DNA from: Octopus vulgaris
Lineage: Eukaryota
Direction of reading: 5' to 3'
Length of the DNA: 64,000 bases
NCBI GenBank assembly: GCA_951406725.2
Contig: OX597841.1
Span: forward strand, 2,728,001-2,792,000
Shown: positions 19,418-31,565 of the stretch, in pieces
Position numbering within the stretch: the stretch's first letter is position 1
Layout: each line of letters begins with the position of its first letter
Made by a program: the position numbers and the translations under genes
Notes under the pieces: model-generated
The model's database searches: none
What the model was told of the DNA's origin: nothing
What the model saw: only the letters and a program-made list of their open reading frames with translations

Positions 19418-20679
19418 GATTGTTGCGGGATTTGGCTGCTATTTCTAGCTATCGATGAAAGATTTCTATAATTTGTGCAAGATATAGCTACTATTTCCAG
19501 GTATCGAAGAGAGATGTCTGATTTGTGCGAGATTTAGCTGCTCGTTCTAGCTATGGATGAGAGTTGTCTATGATTTGTGCGAAATTTGGCTGCTATTTCT
19601 AGCTATCGATGAAAGATGTCTATAATTTGTCCAAGATTTAGCTACTATTTCCAGCTATCGACGAGAGATGTCTGATTTGTGCGAGATTTAGCTGCTCTTT
19701 CTAGCTATCGATGAGAGTTGTCTATGATTTGTGCGGGATTTGGCTGCTATTTCTAGCTATCAATGAAAGATGTCTATAATTTGTGCAAGATTTAGCTACT
19801 ATTTCCACCTATCGACGAGAGATGTCTGATTTGTGTGAGATTTAGCTGCTCTTTCTAGCTATCGATGAGAGTTGTCTATGATTTTTACGGGATTTGGCTG
19901 CTATTTCTAGCTATCAATGAAAGATGTCTATAATTTGTCGAAGATTTAGCTACTATTTCCACCTATCGACAAGAGATGTCTGATTTGTGTGAGATTTAGC
20001 TGCTCTTTCTAGCTATCGATGAGAGTTGTCTATGATTTATCCGGGATTTGGCTGCTATTTCTAGCTATCGATGAAAGATGTCTATAATTTGTCCAAGATT
20101 TAGCTACTATTTCCACCTATCGACGAGAGATGTCTGATTTGTGTGAGATTTAGCTGCTCTTTCTAGCTATCGATGAGAGTTGTCTATGATTTTTACGGGA
20201 TTTGGCTGCTATTTCTAGCTATCGATGAATGATGTCTATAATTTGTGCAAGATTTATTTACTATTTCCAGCTATCGACGAGAGATGTCTGATTTGTGCGA
20301 GATTTAGCTGCTCTTTCTAGCTATCGAGGAGAGTTGTCTATGATTTGTGTGAGATTTGGCTGCTATTTCTAGCTATGGATGAGAGTTGTCTATGATTTGT
20401 GCGAGATTTAGCTGCTCTTTCTAGCTATTGATGAGCGATGTCTGATTTGTGCGAGATATAGCTGCTCTTTCTAGCTATCGATGAGAGTTGTCTATGATTT
20501 GTGTGAGATTTGGCTGCTATTTCTAGCTATGGATGAGAGTTGTCTATGATTTGTGCGAGATTTAGCTGCTCTTTCTAGCTATTGATGAGCGATGTCTGAT
20601 TTGTGCGAGATATAGCTGCTCTTTCTAGCTATCGATGAGAGTTGTCTATGATTTTTGCGGGATTTGGCTGCTATTTCTA
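19418..20679 (+). repeat. Minisatellite of 50-52 bp monomers in a 154-bp trimeric higher-order repeat (~8 HORs)
   Basis: The GATTTAGCTACTATTTCC-type variant recurs at 19481, 19635, 19789, 19943, 20097 and 20251 (period 154). Confidence 0.95.
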
Positions 20680-21664
20680 CCTGTAGAAGGAAGGTCGTCA
20701 GGCAACAGAAAAAAAAACCAGGTGAAATGCGTTGCTGTATTTCGTGTGTCGCACATGTGTTCGTGGTGAAAATTGTTGTTTCTTGGTGTTAATATTGCTA
20801 AGAACTGTTGTTTCTTGTTAAACTGTTGAATAACTTAACTGTTGGAGTTTTCATTTGAAAACACTTAGTGCTTGTGGTAGCACGCGTTGTTCATTCGTCC
20901 GTTGCGGGGGAAAGAATGTCGTCTAGCAAGGAGCCTACCGTTGGAGCAGAAATGTTTGTTTCTCCTGTTGAGAGGAGGAATTACATGTTGTCCGGCGAGG
21001 AGCCGATTACAAGCAGAGAGATAATGGCTTCCCCCGTTACAAGAAGGAATGGCAGAATGGATAATTTATTTGATTTTTTGGGAGATTTGTCTGAAAGCTC
21101 GTCAGAACTTTCACCAGAAGAGTTTCCGAATTTGCAAAAAATAATGGTATTGCGTCGAAAAGAATGATTGATGTACCTAGCATCCAGACAGAAGCAAAAA
21201 GAGCCCCTTGTGGATAGTAAAGAAATATATATTAAGTACCAGTTGTGTACTGGGGTCGATCTGATCGGCTGGCCTGCTTCTTCGAAATTTCGGTCCTTGT
21301 GCTTACATTAGAAAGGAATGATACACATAATACACATTGGCGTTAGGAAGGGCATCCAGCTGTAGAAACATTGCCAGATTAGACTGGAGCCTGGTGCAGC
21401 CTTCTGGCTTCCCAGAACCCCGGTCGAACCGTCCAACCCATGCTAGCATGGAGAACGGACGTTAAACGACGATGATGATGATGATGAATTAATGGTATAA
21501 ATGTATAATGAATTGTATGCATTAAAATTTCTAATTTTAGTAAAACCAAGGAGGGGGTTAATGCGAAAATGCTGAAGTAATTTACAATTAGGTTCAGGTT
21601 AAACCCAGGGTTGATTTGAAATCAATTTCAGATTATGAGGAGGTAACTTGGGACTTTTACACGT

Positions 21665-23265
21665 ATTTTGGCTGATGCCAGCGCCGCCTTGACCGGCTTC
21701 AGTGCCGGTAGCACGTAAAATGCACCAATCCGATCGTGGCCATTGCCAGCCTCGCTTGGCACCTGTGCAGGTGGCACATAAAAATCACCCACTACACTCA
21801 CGGAGTGGTTGGCGTTAGGAAGGGCATCCAGCTGTAGAAACACTGCCAGATCAGACTGGAGCCTGAGGCAGCCTCCTGGCTTCCCAGACCCCGGTCGAAC
21901 CGTCCAACCCATGCTAGCATGGAAAAAATATGCATATATATATATAAAGCACCCACTACACTCACGGAGTGGTTGGCGTTAGGAAGGGCATCCAGCTGTA
22001 GAAACACTGCCAGATCAGACTAGAGCCTGGTGCAGCCTTCTGGCTTCCTAGATCCCCGGTCGAACCGTCCAACCCATGCTAGCATGGAAAAAATATGCAT
22101 ATATATATATAAAGCACCCACTACACTCACGGAGTGGTTGGCGTTAGGAAGGGCATCCAGCTGTAGAAACACTACCAGATCAGACTGGAGCCTGGGGCAA
22201 CCTCCTGGCTTCCCAGACCCCGGTCGAACCGTCCAACCCATGCTAGCATGGAAAAAATATGCATTTATATATATAAAGCACCCACTACACTCACGGAGTG
22301 GTTGGCGTTAGGAAGGGCATCCAGCTGTAGAAACACTGCCAGATCAGACTGGAGCCTGGGGCAACCTCCTGGCTTCCCAGACCCCGGTGGAACCGTCCAA
22401 CCCATGCTAGCATGGAAAAAATATGCATTTATATATATAAAGCACCCACTACACTCACGGAGTGGTTGGCGTTAGGAAGGGCATCCAGCTGTAGAAACAC
22501 TGCCAGATCAGACTGGAGCCTGGGGCAGCCTCCTGGCTTCCCAGACCCCGGTTGAACCGTCCAACCCATGCTAGCATGGAAAAAATATGCATATATATAT
22601 AAAGCACCCACTACACTCACGGAGTGGTTGGCGTTAGGAAGGGCATCCAGCTGTAGAAACACTGCCAGATCAGACTGGAGCCTGGTGCAGCCTCCTGGCT
22701 TCCCAGACCCCAGTCGAACCGTCCAACCCATGCTAGCATGGAAAAAATATGCATATATATATATAAAGCACCCACTACACTCACGGAGTGGTTGGCGTTA
22801 GGAAGGGCATCCAGCTGTAGAAACACTGCCAGATCAGACGGGAGCCTGGTACAGCCTCCTGGTTCCCAGACCCCGGTCGAACCGTCCAACCCATGCTAGC
22901 ATGGAAAAAATATGCATTTATATATATAAAGCACCCACTACACTCACGGAGTGGTTGGCGTTAGGAAGGGCATCCAGCTGTAGAAACACTGCCAGATCAG
23001 ACTGGAGCCTGGGGCAGCCTCCTGGCTTCCCGGAACCCGGTCGAACCGTCCAACCCATGCTAGCATGGAAAAAATATGCATTTATATATATAAAGCACCC
23101 ACTACACTCACGGAGTGGTTGGCGTTAGGAAGAGCATCCAGCTGTAGAAACACTGCCAGATCAGACTGGAGCCTGGGGCAGCCTCCTGGCTTCCCAGACC
23201 CCCGGTCGAACCGTCCAACCCATGCTAGCATGGAAAGCGGACGTTAAACGATGATGATGATGATG
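21665..23265 (+). repeat. RTE 3'-UTR-derived tandem array, ~164-bp unit x9
   Basis: AAAGCACCCACTACACTCACGGAG at ~21947, 22111, 22275, 22439, 22601, 22765, 22928 and 23092; only the last copy carries the (GAT)n tail. Confidence 0.95.
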
Positions 23266-23501
23266 TATCTCTCAAAATTTTCCTTTCACCATCATCATTT
23301 AATGTTCATTGTCCATGTTGGCATGTGTCGGATGGTTTGACCAGAGCATTGTTTGTCTTGTTTTCCTTTTGTCTTTTGTTGTTCGAAAAAATAGTTCATA
23401 TTCCATGCACTCGTGTTTTTTCTTGTCCAGGTTTCATGATGTCCTGTTCCCACATATGCATACATATATATGTATAGATGCAAGTGTATACATATGCATA
23501 T

Positions 23502-23895
23502 TACTCTTTTACTTGTTTCAGTCATTTGACTGTGGCCATGCTGGAGCACCGCCTTTAGTCGAGCAACTCGACCCCGGGACTTATTCTTTGTAAGCCCAGT
23601 ACTTATTCTATCGGTCTCTTTTGCCGAACTGCTAGGTGACGGGGACATAAACACACCAGCATCGGTTGTCAAGTAATGCTAGGGGGACAAACACAGACAC
23701 ACAAACATACATATATATATATACATATATACGACAGGCTTCTTTCAATTTCCGTCTACCAAATCCACTCACAAGGCTTTGGTCAGCCCGAGGCTATAGC
23801 AGAAGACACTTGCCCAAGATGCCACGCAGTGGGACTGAACCCGGAACCATGTGGTTGGTAAGCAAGCTAATTACCACTCAGCCACTCCTGCACCT
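23502..23895 (-). mobile_element. tRNA-derived SINE (family A); also 35495-35865(+), 37480-37872(-), 43314-43700(+), partial 52536-52693(-)
   Basis: Head GGAGTGGCTG(T/A)GTGGTAA..GGTTCAGTCCC (Pol III A/B-box-like), CTTGGGCAAGTGTC core, central (TA)n, tail GAAACAAGTAAAAGAG. Confidence 0.85.
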
Positions 23896-23904
23896 ACGTA
23901 TGTA

Positions 23905-24360
23905 TCATCATCATTGTTTAACGTCCATTTTCCGCGCTAGCACGGGTTGGACGGTTCGACCGGGGTCTGGGGAGCCAGGGGCTGCCCCAGGCTCCAGTCT
24001 GATCTGGCAGTGTTTCTACAGCTGGATACCACTCCGCGAGTGTAGTGGGTGCTTTTTACGTGCCACCTGCACAGGTGCCAGAGGGGTCTGGCATCGGCCA
24101 CGATCAGTTGGTGCTGTTTTTTTGTGCTACCGGCACAGAAGCCAGTCAAGGCGGTGCTGGCATCAGTCACGTTCGGATGGTGCTTTTTATGTGCCACCGG
24201 CACAGAAGCCATTCGAGGCAGGGTTGGCATCGGTTACGTTCGGATGGTGCTTTTTATGTGCCACCGGCACAGAAGCCAGTGGAGGCTGCACTGGCAACGG
24301 CCACGTTCAGATGGTGCTTTTTATGTGTCACCGGCACAGGTATCACAACTACTGTTTCCA
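23905..24360 (-). mobile_element. RTE 3'-end fragment; others at 21338-21487(+), 38075-38400(-), 39220-39612(+), 39635-39998(-), 42918-43137(-), 55350-55775(-)
   Basis: Matches the 3' UTR of 50590-51995, with ~66-bp GTGCCGGTGGCAC repeats and a CGTTAAAC(GAT)n tail. Confidence 0.85.
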
Positions 24361-25248
24361 TTTATATTTGGTTATTATTTATGTTATTGTATGATTGAAT
24401 GCCATGCATCCTCTTCCAAGTTTTATCTCATTAATTCTGATGTGCACTCTACTATCTTTTTACTCTTTCGTTTTTCTCTCTCTTATTCTTTTACCTCCTT
24501 TTCTCCCATTATTCTATCCTATTAATCTTTTTCTCTCTTCCTTTCTCCCCTTCACCCCCTCCTGTTTTTTTTTTCTCACTTATCCTATTTCCAATTTTTT
24601 CCTCTCCCCTTCACAGTTCTCTATCTGCCACTCTTTCTCCCTTGCTCATGTGGCTCCCACGTGACCATCAGCCATCTTTCTTCTCCTACCTTGCGTTTCT
24701 TTCTCTTTCTCCGTTGTAGTTAGATCAAGAAAAATGTGTTCTTGTCTGTTTTCTCTCCAAGCGTGATTTACATGTTCTCCACCACAACCTCGTTTAATCT
24801 TAGAAGCCCTCCCTGTTTGCTTTCACTGTCCTGTTTGTGTTACCAATCTTGACCCTCTGCAAATTCCCTCACAACAGGACATGTTTACACATGTACATAT
24901 ATGACAACTTTACAATATTCCTGCGTATGAAAAAGTCATAACAAATGTTATTGTATAATATATTTAATGAGTGAAGCATTTAAAAGATAACAAACAATAA
25001 ATACACTGTAATTAGGGGATGCGATATTCAATAAAGAGTAATGTGTAGGGTCGTCAGGAGGAGGAAGTGTTTTGGTACAGAAGTCCTTACATTATGGAAA
25101 GGAAAATGGATGAGTGATCATGGAAAGAGGGCGAGGTAAAAATTGCAAAAGCAAAAATCTAAAATTTTGGAAATGCTTTTAGAGTTATTACTCCATTGCA
25201 TAAAACACAGGAATATTAAAAATATATAGCAAACAAGAAACTGTAGAA

Positions 25249-26343
25249 TTACACTCTTCCTTTCTCTCCAGTATGAATATGTTTGTGATTAGTTAACTGA
25301 CTTCTGTTAGAGAATGATTGACCACAGACAACACAGTGATATGGTTTCTCTCCTGTATGAATACGTTTGTGTCTAGTCACCAAACTATTTACAGAGAATG
25401 ACTTACCACAGATATCACAATGATGTGGTTTCTCTCCTGTATGAATACGTATGTGAGCAGCTAAGTGACTACTCTGAGAGAACAATTTACCACAGATATC
25501 ACAGTGATACGGCTTCTCCTTTGTATGAATGCGTTTGTGTGAAATCAAGGCACTACTATCAGAGAATGATTTACCACAGATATCACAGTGGTATGGCGTC
25601 TCTCCTGTATGAATACGTTTATGTTTATTTACATGACTACTGTGAGAAAACAGTTTACCACAGATATCACAGTGAAATGGTTTCTCTCCAGTATGTAAAC
25701 GTTTGTGTGCAGTTAACTGACTATTTTGAGAGAATGTTTTACCACAGATATCACAATGATATGGCTTCTCTCCTGTATGAATACGTTTGTGTGCAGTTAA
25801 ATTACTACATTCAGAGAATGATTTACCACAGATATCACAATGATATGGTTTCTCCCCTGTATGAATACGTTTATGTCTAGGTAAAGCATTGCTATCAGAG
25901 AATGATTTACCACAGATATCACAGTGATACGGATTACCTCCTGTGTGAATATGTTTATGTCTAGTTAAGTCACGATTTTGAGAGAATGATTTACCACAGA
26001 CATCACAGTGATATGGTTTCTCTCCTGTATGAATACGTTTGTGTCTAGATACGGCACTACTGACAGAGAATAGTTTACCACAGATATCACACTGATAAGG
26101 CTTCTCTCCTGTATGAATACGTTTGTGCATATTTAGATCACTTTTCTGAGAAAAAGACTTTGTACAAATATCACAATCGTATGATCTCGTCTCTTTTGTC
26201 TTGGGTTCAGGGGAAATAAATTGTATATTTTTCTCACTCTTTTCCATTATTTTCCCTCTCAAATCCCAGTTTATATATTTTTCTTCCTTTTCTTCTTTTA
26301 CTTTATTCTTTACAAACACTTCTGCTGTGGTATTTCTGTCCAT
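25249..26343 (-). CDS. C2H2 zinc-finger protein, 11 fingers
   Basis: 364-aa ORF with a charged leader (..[15 protein letters not shown]) followed by canonical fingers. Confidence 0.93.
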   Translation of the reverse strand: MDRNTTAEVFVKNKVKEEKEEKYINWDLRGKIMEKSEKNIQFISPEPKTKETRSYDCDICTKSFSQKSDLNMHKRIHTGEKPYQCDICGKLFSVSSAVSRHKRIHTGEKPYHCDVCGKSFSQNRDLTRHKHIHTGGNPYHCDICGKSFSDSNALPRHKRIHTGEKPYHCDICGKSFSECSNLTAHKRIHTGEKPYHCDICGKTFSQNSQLTAHKRLHTGEKPFHCDICGKLFSHSSHVNKHKRIHTGETPYHCDICGKSFSDSSALISHKRIHTKEKPYHCDICGKLFSQSSHLAAHIRIHTGEKPHHCDICGKSFSVNSLVTRHKRIHTGEKPYHCVVCGQSFSNRSQLTNHKHIHTGEKGRV

Positions 26344-26996
26344 TTAGCAACACTTACATACATTAATCCAACTTTAATCAGCACAGAAGCTTCTCTTCTT
26401 GACACTCCAGTCGATGACGTTCAGAAATTTGGCTAATAATATTATTTCAGAGCAAATGTTTCACAGGAATTCTACCACAGATTTCTAGAAATAATGCTAT
26501 ACATCTGTTTCATATAATACTTTCTTTTATTCCTTAAAACATGGTAGATATTGAGGATGTTTCTTCTGTTATGTCAATGTCATCTGATGTTCTGAAATTA
26601 CATAGAAAGAACAGTGTTTTAGTTTATTTTCCTAAAAGTTATGAGGGCAAAACATCGGATCTTGTGAATTTTCCGAAGTCCTCTCTCCACTCCCGTTGCT
26701 TTCCGGGTATTTTTGTTTCCGTATTCGTTTCCTACACCTTTTTTTTTTTTTTTTACACCCGTTGCACTTTTTTTTTTTTTTTTGCGATTTTGTTTCTGGG
26801 TAATAATATCAACATTAACCCAGAATTTTTCAATTTTCAAACGTGGCAAAGATGGACAGTGTAGAAGGTGGGGTCAACATAAAGACCTCCCCCCGGGAAC
26901 AAAAAATAAATAAAGCAGCCTGGTGGGTGTTCACAAGTATGTAGAAAACGAATATGAAAAAAAAAAATTGGGAGTTGACGACCCTCCTTCTACAGG

Positions 26997-27500
26997 TAGA
27001 AATAGCAGCCAAATCTCGCATAAATCATAGACAACTCTCATCCATAGCTAGAAAGAGCAGCCAAATCTCGCACAAATCATAGACAACTCTCATCCATAGC
27101 TAGAAATAGCAGCCAAATCTCGCACAAATCAGACATCTTTCGTCGATAGCTGGAAATAGTAGCTAAATCTTGCACAAATTATAGACATCTTTCATCGATA
27201 GCTAGAAATAGCAGCCAAATCCCGCAAAAGTCAAGGACATCATTCGTTCATAAAACACAGAAGAGAAACAAAGAATCGATGCGCCAAAAAACCGAACGTC
27301 TACAGAATTAAAAGCATGGAAGATCTTCGTTGTTTAATACTTACGGAAATGTTTCATAAAGGACAGTGTTGTTATGTATGTGTGTGTCTGGTAGTTGAGG
27401 AATTCATTAGAACTATTATAAATGTCTTATCAACTAATTAAGAGAAATTCATTTATAGGATATCAAAATGCAGCAAGTACTTTCAATGCGCATGCGTATC
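26997..27500 (-). promoter_or_regulatory. Upstream module of ZNF 25249-26343, with ~5 monomers
   Basis: TGCGCATGCGT at 27487, donor complement ACTTACGG at ~27340, monomers at 26997-27232, acceptor complement CT at 26592. Confidence 0.65.
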
Positions 27501-27571
27501 TCCTCTCTGAAATGTTTCCAGGCAGCTGAGTCTAAATTATCTCCCTTTATGTCATAGTATTTTGTGGTTGG

Positions 27572-28745
27572 TGAGTTCAAATTCCGCCAAGGTCGACTTT
27601 GCCTTTCATCCTTTCGGGGTCGATAAATTAAGTACCAGTTACGCACTGGGGTTCGATGTAATCGACTTAATACCTATGTCTGTCCTTGTTTGTCCCCTCT
27701 GTGTTTAGCCCCTTGTGGGTAATAAAGAAATAGGTTGATACGCATGTTGAACCCTTTGAAGTTTTGGGGTTTAAATATTTTTTTTTTGTGGTTCTTGAAA
27801 CCATATTGAATGGCTCAGAGATTCTGTTTTCGATTCTTGAAAAATGCCGTTTGAAATTTCCCCGTGTATTAAGTTAGGTTGAGAACTTCAATAAAGAATC
27901 GGTTGATTGTAACAGATGTAACTGTTCTATTAATTGTGGCCTACGATTAGGCTGTCTGCAATATATTCTTATCTACTCTTAGGCACATGGCCCGAGATGT
28001 TGGGAGAGGGGCCAGTCGATTAGATCGACTCCAGTACGCAACTGGTACTTAATTTATCGACCTCGAAAGGATGAAAAGCAAAGTCGACCTCGGCGTAATT
28101 TGAACTCAGAACGTAAAGACAGACGAAATAGGCATTTCTTTACTGCCCACAAGGGGCTAAACACAGAGAGGACAAACAAGGACAGACATAAGTATTAAGT
28201 CGATTATATCGACCTAAGTGCGTAACTGGTACTTATTTAATCGACCCCGAAAGGATGACGGGCAAAGTCGACCTCGGCGGAATTTGAACTCAGACCGTAA
28301 CGGCAGACGAAATACCTATTTTTTTTATTACCCACAAGGGGCTAAACATAGAAGGGACAAACAAGGACAGACAAACGGATTAAGTCGATTATATCGACCC
28401 CAGTACGCAACTGGTACTTAATTTTTCGACCCCCGAAAGGATGAAAGGCAAAGTCGACCTCGGCGGAATTTGAACCCAGAACGTAACGACATACGAAATA
28501 CCGCTAAGCATTTCGCCCGACGTGCTAACAATTCTGCCAGCTCGCGCGCGGGACACAGGTCAACGGCAATTTGAGTTCAAATTCCGCCGAGGTCGACTAT
28601 GCCTTTCATCCTTTCGGGGTCGATAAATTAAGCAAATTAAGTCGATGTAATCGACTCAATACCTATGTTTGTCCCCTCTATGTTTAGCCCCTTGTGGATA
28701 GTAAAGAAACAAGTATTTGGTCTGCCGTTACGTTCTGAGTTCAAA
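27572..28745. mobile_element. Cluster of SINE-like family B copies in both orientations, partly tandem; also 59633-60025(-)
   Basis: Repeated GAGTTCAAATTCCGCCGAGGTCGACTTTGCCTTTCATCCTTTCGGGGTCGATAAATTAAGTACCAG (B-box-like GTTCAAATTCC). Confidence 0.8.
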
Positions 28746-28979
28746 TATTTGGTATGCAGGTAGGAGTTGACCAGGTTTAGGTTCTCACCCGTCCCCTCCT
28801 ATTTATTGCTCAAAATCTTAATTTAAATGTTTATTCCTAGAGTTTAACTCAACAGAAATAAAACCTTATATTTTTAAGTAGCCTCTACATCTTACACTGT
28901 TGTTTCTCTATAATTTCAGAACATCAGATGACATTGACATAACAGAAGAAACATCCTCAATATCTACCTTGTGGGTAGT

Positions 28980-29365
28980 GGTGGAAGCACTCCGTCGGTT
29001 ACGACGACGAGGGTTCCGGTTGATCCGATCAACGAAACAGCCTGCTCGTGAAATTAACGTGTAAGTGACTGAGCACTCCACAGACACGAGCACCCTTAAC
29101 GTAGTTCTCGGGGATATTCAGCGTGACACAGAGAGTGACAAGGCCGGCCCTTTGAAATACAGGTACAACAGAACCAGGAAGTAAGAGTGAGAGAAAGTTG
29201 TGGTGAAAGAGTACAGCAGGGATCATCACCATCCCCTGCCGGAGCCTCGTGGAGCTTTAGGTGTTTTCGTTCAATAAACACTCACAACGCCCGGTCTGGG
29301 AATCGAAACCGCGATCCTATGACTGCAAGTCCGCTGCCCTAACCACTGGGCCATTGCGCCTCCAC
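28980..29365 (-). mobile_element. Full-length tRNA-derived SINE (family C) with 14-bp TSD
   Basis: Minus-strand head GGCGCAATGGCCCAGTGGTTAGGGCAGCGGAC..GGTTTCGATTCCC. ACCTTGTGGGTAGT is duplicated at 28966-28979 and 29366-29379. Confidence 0.88.
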
Positions 29366-29449
29366 ACCTTGTGGGTAGTAAAGAAATAGGCAATATACAG
29401 ATATGCAATGGGAGAGAATTACGCTTTGCTGTAATATATTGCAAGAGAG

Positions 29450-30135
29450 GAAATACGCATGCGCACTGGCCATACCTCCTTCTTCATGTTGGTTTCTGGT
29501 AAAATGTCCAGGTGCGTGAATTTCTCTTACTCAGCTGATAATTCATTTGTAATGCTTATAATTTATTTCTCAACTGCCAGCTGCACACGTATATAACAAC
29601 ACTATCCTTTATGAAAGATTTCCGTAAGTATTAAACAATGAAAATATTCAATGTAGACGCGTTGATTCCCTGTGTCTCTCTGTCCGTGATTTGTGCGGGG
29701 TTTGGCTGCTATTTCTAGCTATGCAAGCTCCTTTCTACATATAACTCGACAAAATCAAAACATTTCGCTTCGGGTATCTCCGTGGGTTGTGGAGTATAGA
29801 TATAACGGAATTATGCCAGCAATGTCTCGTTTTAAACTTGAAGAAAAAAAAAGCCTTGCATATTTGTTCTACCCTGTTTCATGTCTGTATGTAAAATCCG
29901 TAAATTTCCAAGCAAAAAACAGAATCGAACTGTCATTTGCTTCCACGGAAATATCCGAAGTGAAACGTTTTGATTTTGTCGAGTTATATCGAAAGAATGC
30001 CGCGCATCGATTCTTTGTTTCTGTTCTATGTTTTATTAACGAATGATGTCCTTGATTTTTGCGGTATTTGACTGCTATCTCTAGCTATGGATGAGAGGTG
30101 TCTGGTATGTGCAAGATTTGGCTGCTATCTCTCGC
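29450..30135 (+). promoter_or_regulatory. Upstream module of ZNF 33029-33946, interrupted by ~280 bp
   Basis: ACGCATGCGCA at 29455, CAGGTGCGTG at ~29509, CCGTAAGT at ~29622, monomers at ~29690 and 30055-30135; acceptor at 32732. Confidence 0.6.
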
Positions 30136-30262
30136 TGAGAAATCTGCCTTCTACACATTCCATCGTTGACACGTTCTCCTTTTTTCTTTCGTTTAAGAAA
30201 TATTCTGAAATACACTCCAACCACTGAAATGTTCAGAAACCAACATTCTTTTATAGTTTATC

Positions 30263-30998
30263 GCCGAAGTTTCGCTTGTCGTAGCACAACTTTTCCGTCG
30301 ATTTCCGTAAAAAACTTTTATTTTTTTACATAAGTAATGAGAGCGAAAGAGACTAAGAGGAAGCGATTTTATGACGAGGGAAGTTTGTCTTTGAAGTTAC
30401 CGTCTAGGGGAAGCATTGATGTACATGTGTGTGTGTGTGTTTGATGGGGTGTGGGAGACAGTATGTTGTGTAAGTGAAGTCCTTCTGTTAGTGTGTGTGA
30501 AGAGACAGAGTAATGTGTGAAAGAGAGAGATAACTGAAATTTTTTACTCGGTGTGTGTGTATATGTATGTATGTGTGTGTGTGTGTGTATGTATCTATGT
30601 ATGTGTGTGTATGTATGGCCGATTCATCGTAATTACGATGAATCGGCCATACATACATACACACACATACTTACACACACATACATAGATACATACACAC
30701 ACACACACACATACATACATATACACACACACCGAGTAAAAATTTCAGTTATCTCTCTCTTTCACACATTACTCTCTCTCTGTCTCTTCGCACACACTAA
30801 CAGAAGCACTTCACTTACACAACATACTGTCTGTCTCCCACACCCCATCAAACACACACACGGGGACTCAAAGAGAAATTTCCTCGTCATAAAATCGCTT
30901 CCTCTTAGTCTCTTTCGCTCTCATTACTTATGTAAAAAAATAAAAGTTTTTTACGGAAATCGACGGAAAAGTTGTGCTACGACAAGCGAAACTTCGCC
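30263..30998. mobile_element. Spacerless palindromic foldback MITE
   Basis: Arms are reverse-complementary from G(C/G)CGAAGTTTCG inward to the centre GGCCGATTCATCGTAA|TTACGATGAATCGGCC at 30632/30633. Confidence 0.9.
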
Positions 30999-30999
30999 A

Positions 31000-31381
31000 T
31001 CTTTATATATAAAAGAGAGGTTGTGTGTCTGTCTCCTACGATTTAGATTCCTAACTACTCCCACATTTTGCGGTGCAGTTTAACCAAAACCGGGTATCTT
31101 ATAGTCGTGATTCATATCGAGCCCTTCTGGGTATTAGCGCGCGTCTACGATGAGTCTACGATTTAAAAAAATTTACCATTTTTTCCCATTTTAATGCATT
31201 TTTTCGCTATTATATAAGGGAAGTAACTCTCTAAAAATGTCTACGATGAGTCAACGATTTAAAAAAAAATTTACCATAATTTTTTTTCCATTTTTAATGC
31301 ATTTTTTGGCTATAACTCTCTAAAAATGCTTATATAGTTATTTCCCTTAGAAACCCGAGCAACGCCGGGCGATACTGCTAG
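31000..31381 (+). mobile_element. Non-autonomous Helitron
   Basis: 5' TC..TATATATAAAA, 3' CCCGAGCAACGCCGGG hairpin plus CTAG, inserted between A and T, no TSD. Confidence 0.85.
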
Positions 31382-31565
31382 TATTGAATATAAAGTTTCT
31401 GAAAGTACATTTCAGATAATGGAAACAAGGATTATGTAGGAATTTGTTGAGAAGAGAAAAGTACAATTGAATGGGGATTATGGATAGTTTGTACATTCGA
31501 CTTTGTTTCCTCATGCTTGTAGGTTTACAATTATGCAACTAAATAAATAAATAAGGTGGAGTTTG

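Noticed and set aside
21628-24525. Numerous overlapping short ORFs (MGWTVRPGSGK.., MEKICIYIYK.., VPPAQ repeats)
   Set aside because: Translations of non-coding RTE 3' UTR and SINE repeats.
29290-29365. tRNA-like sequence (also the heads at ~35495 and ~23830-23895)
   Set aside because: Continues into a SINE body (with a TSD at 28966/29366 for this copy) and has no complete cloverleaf; these are SINE heads, not tRNA genes.
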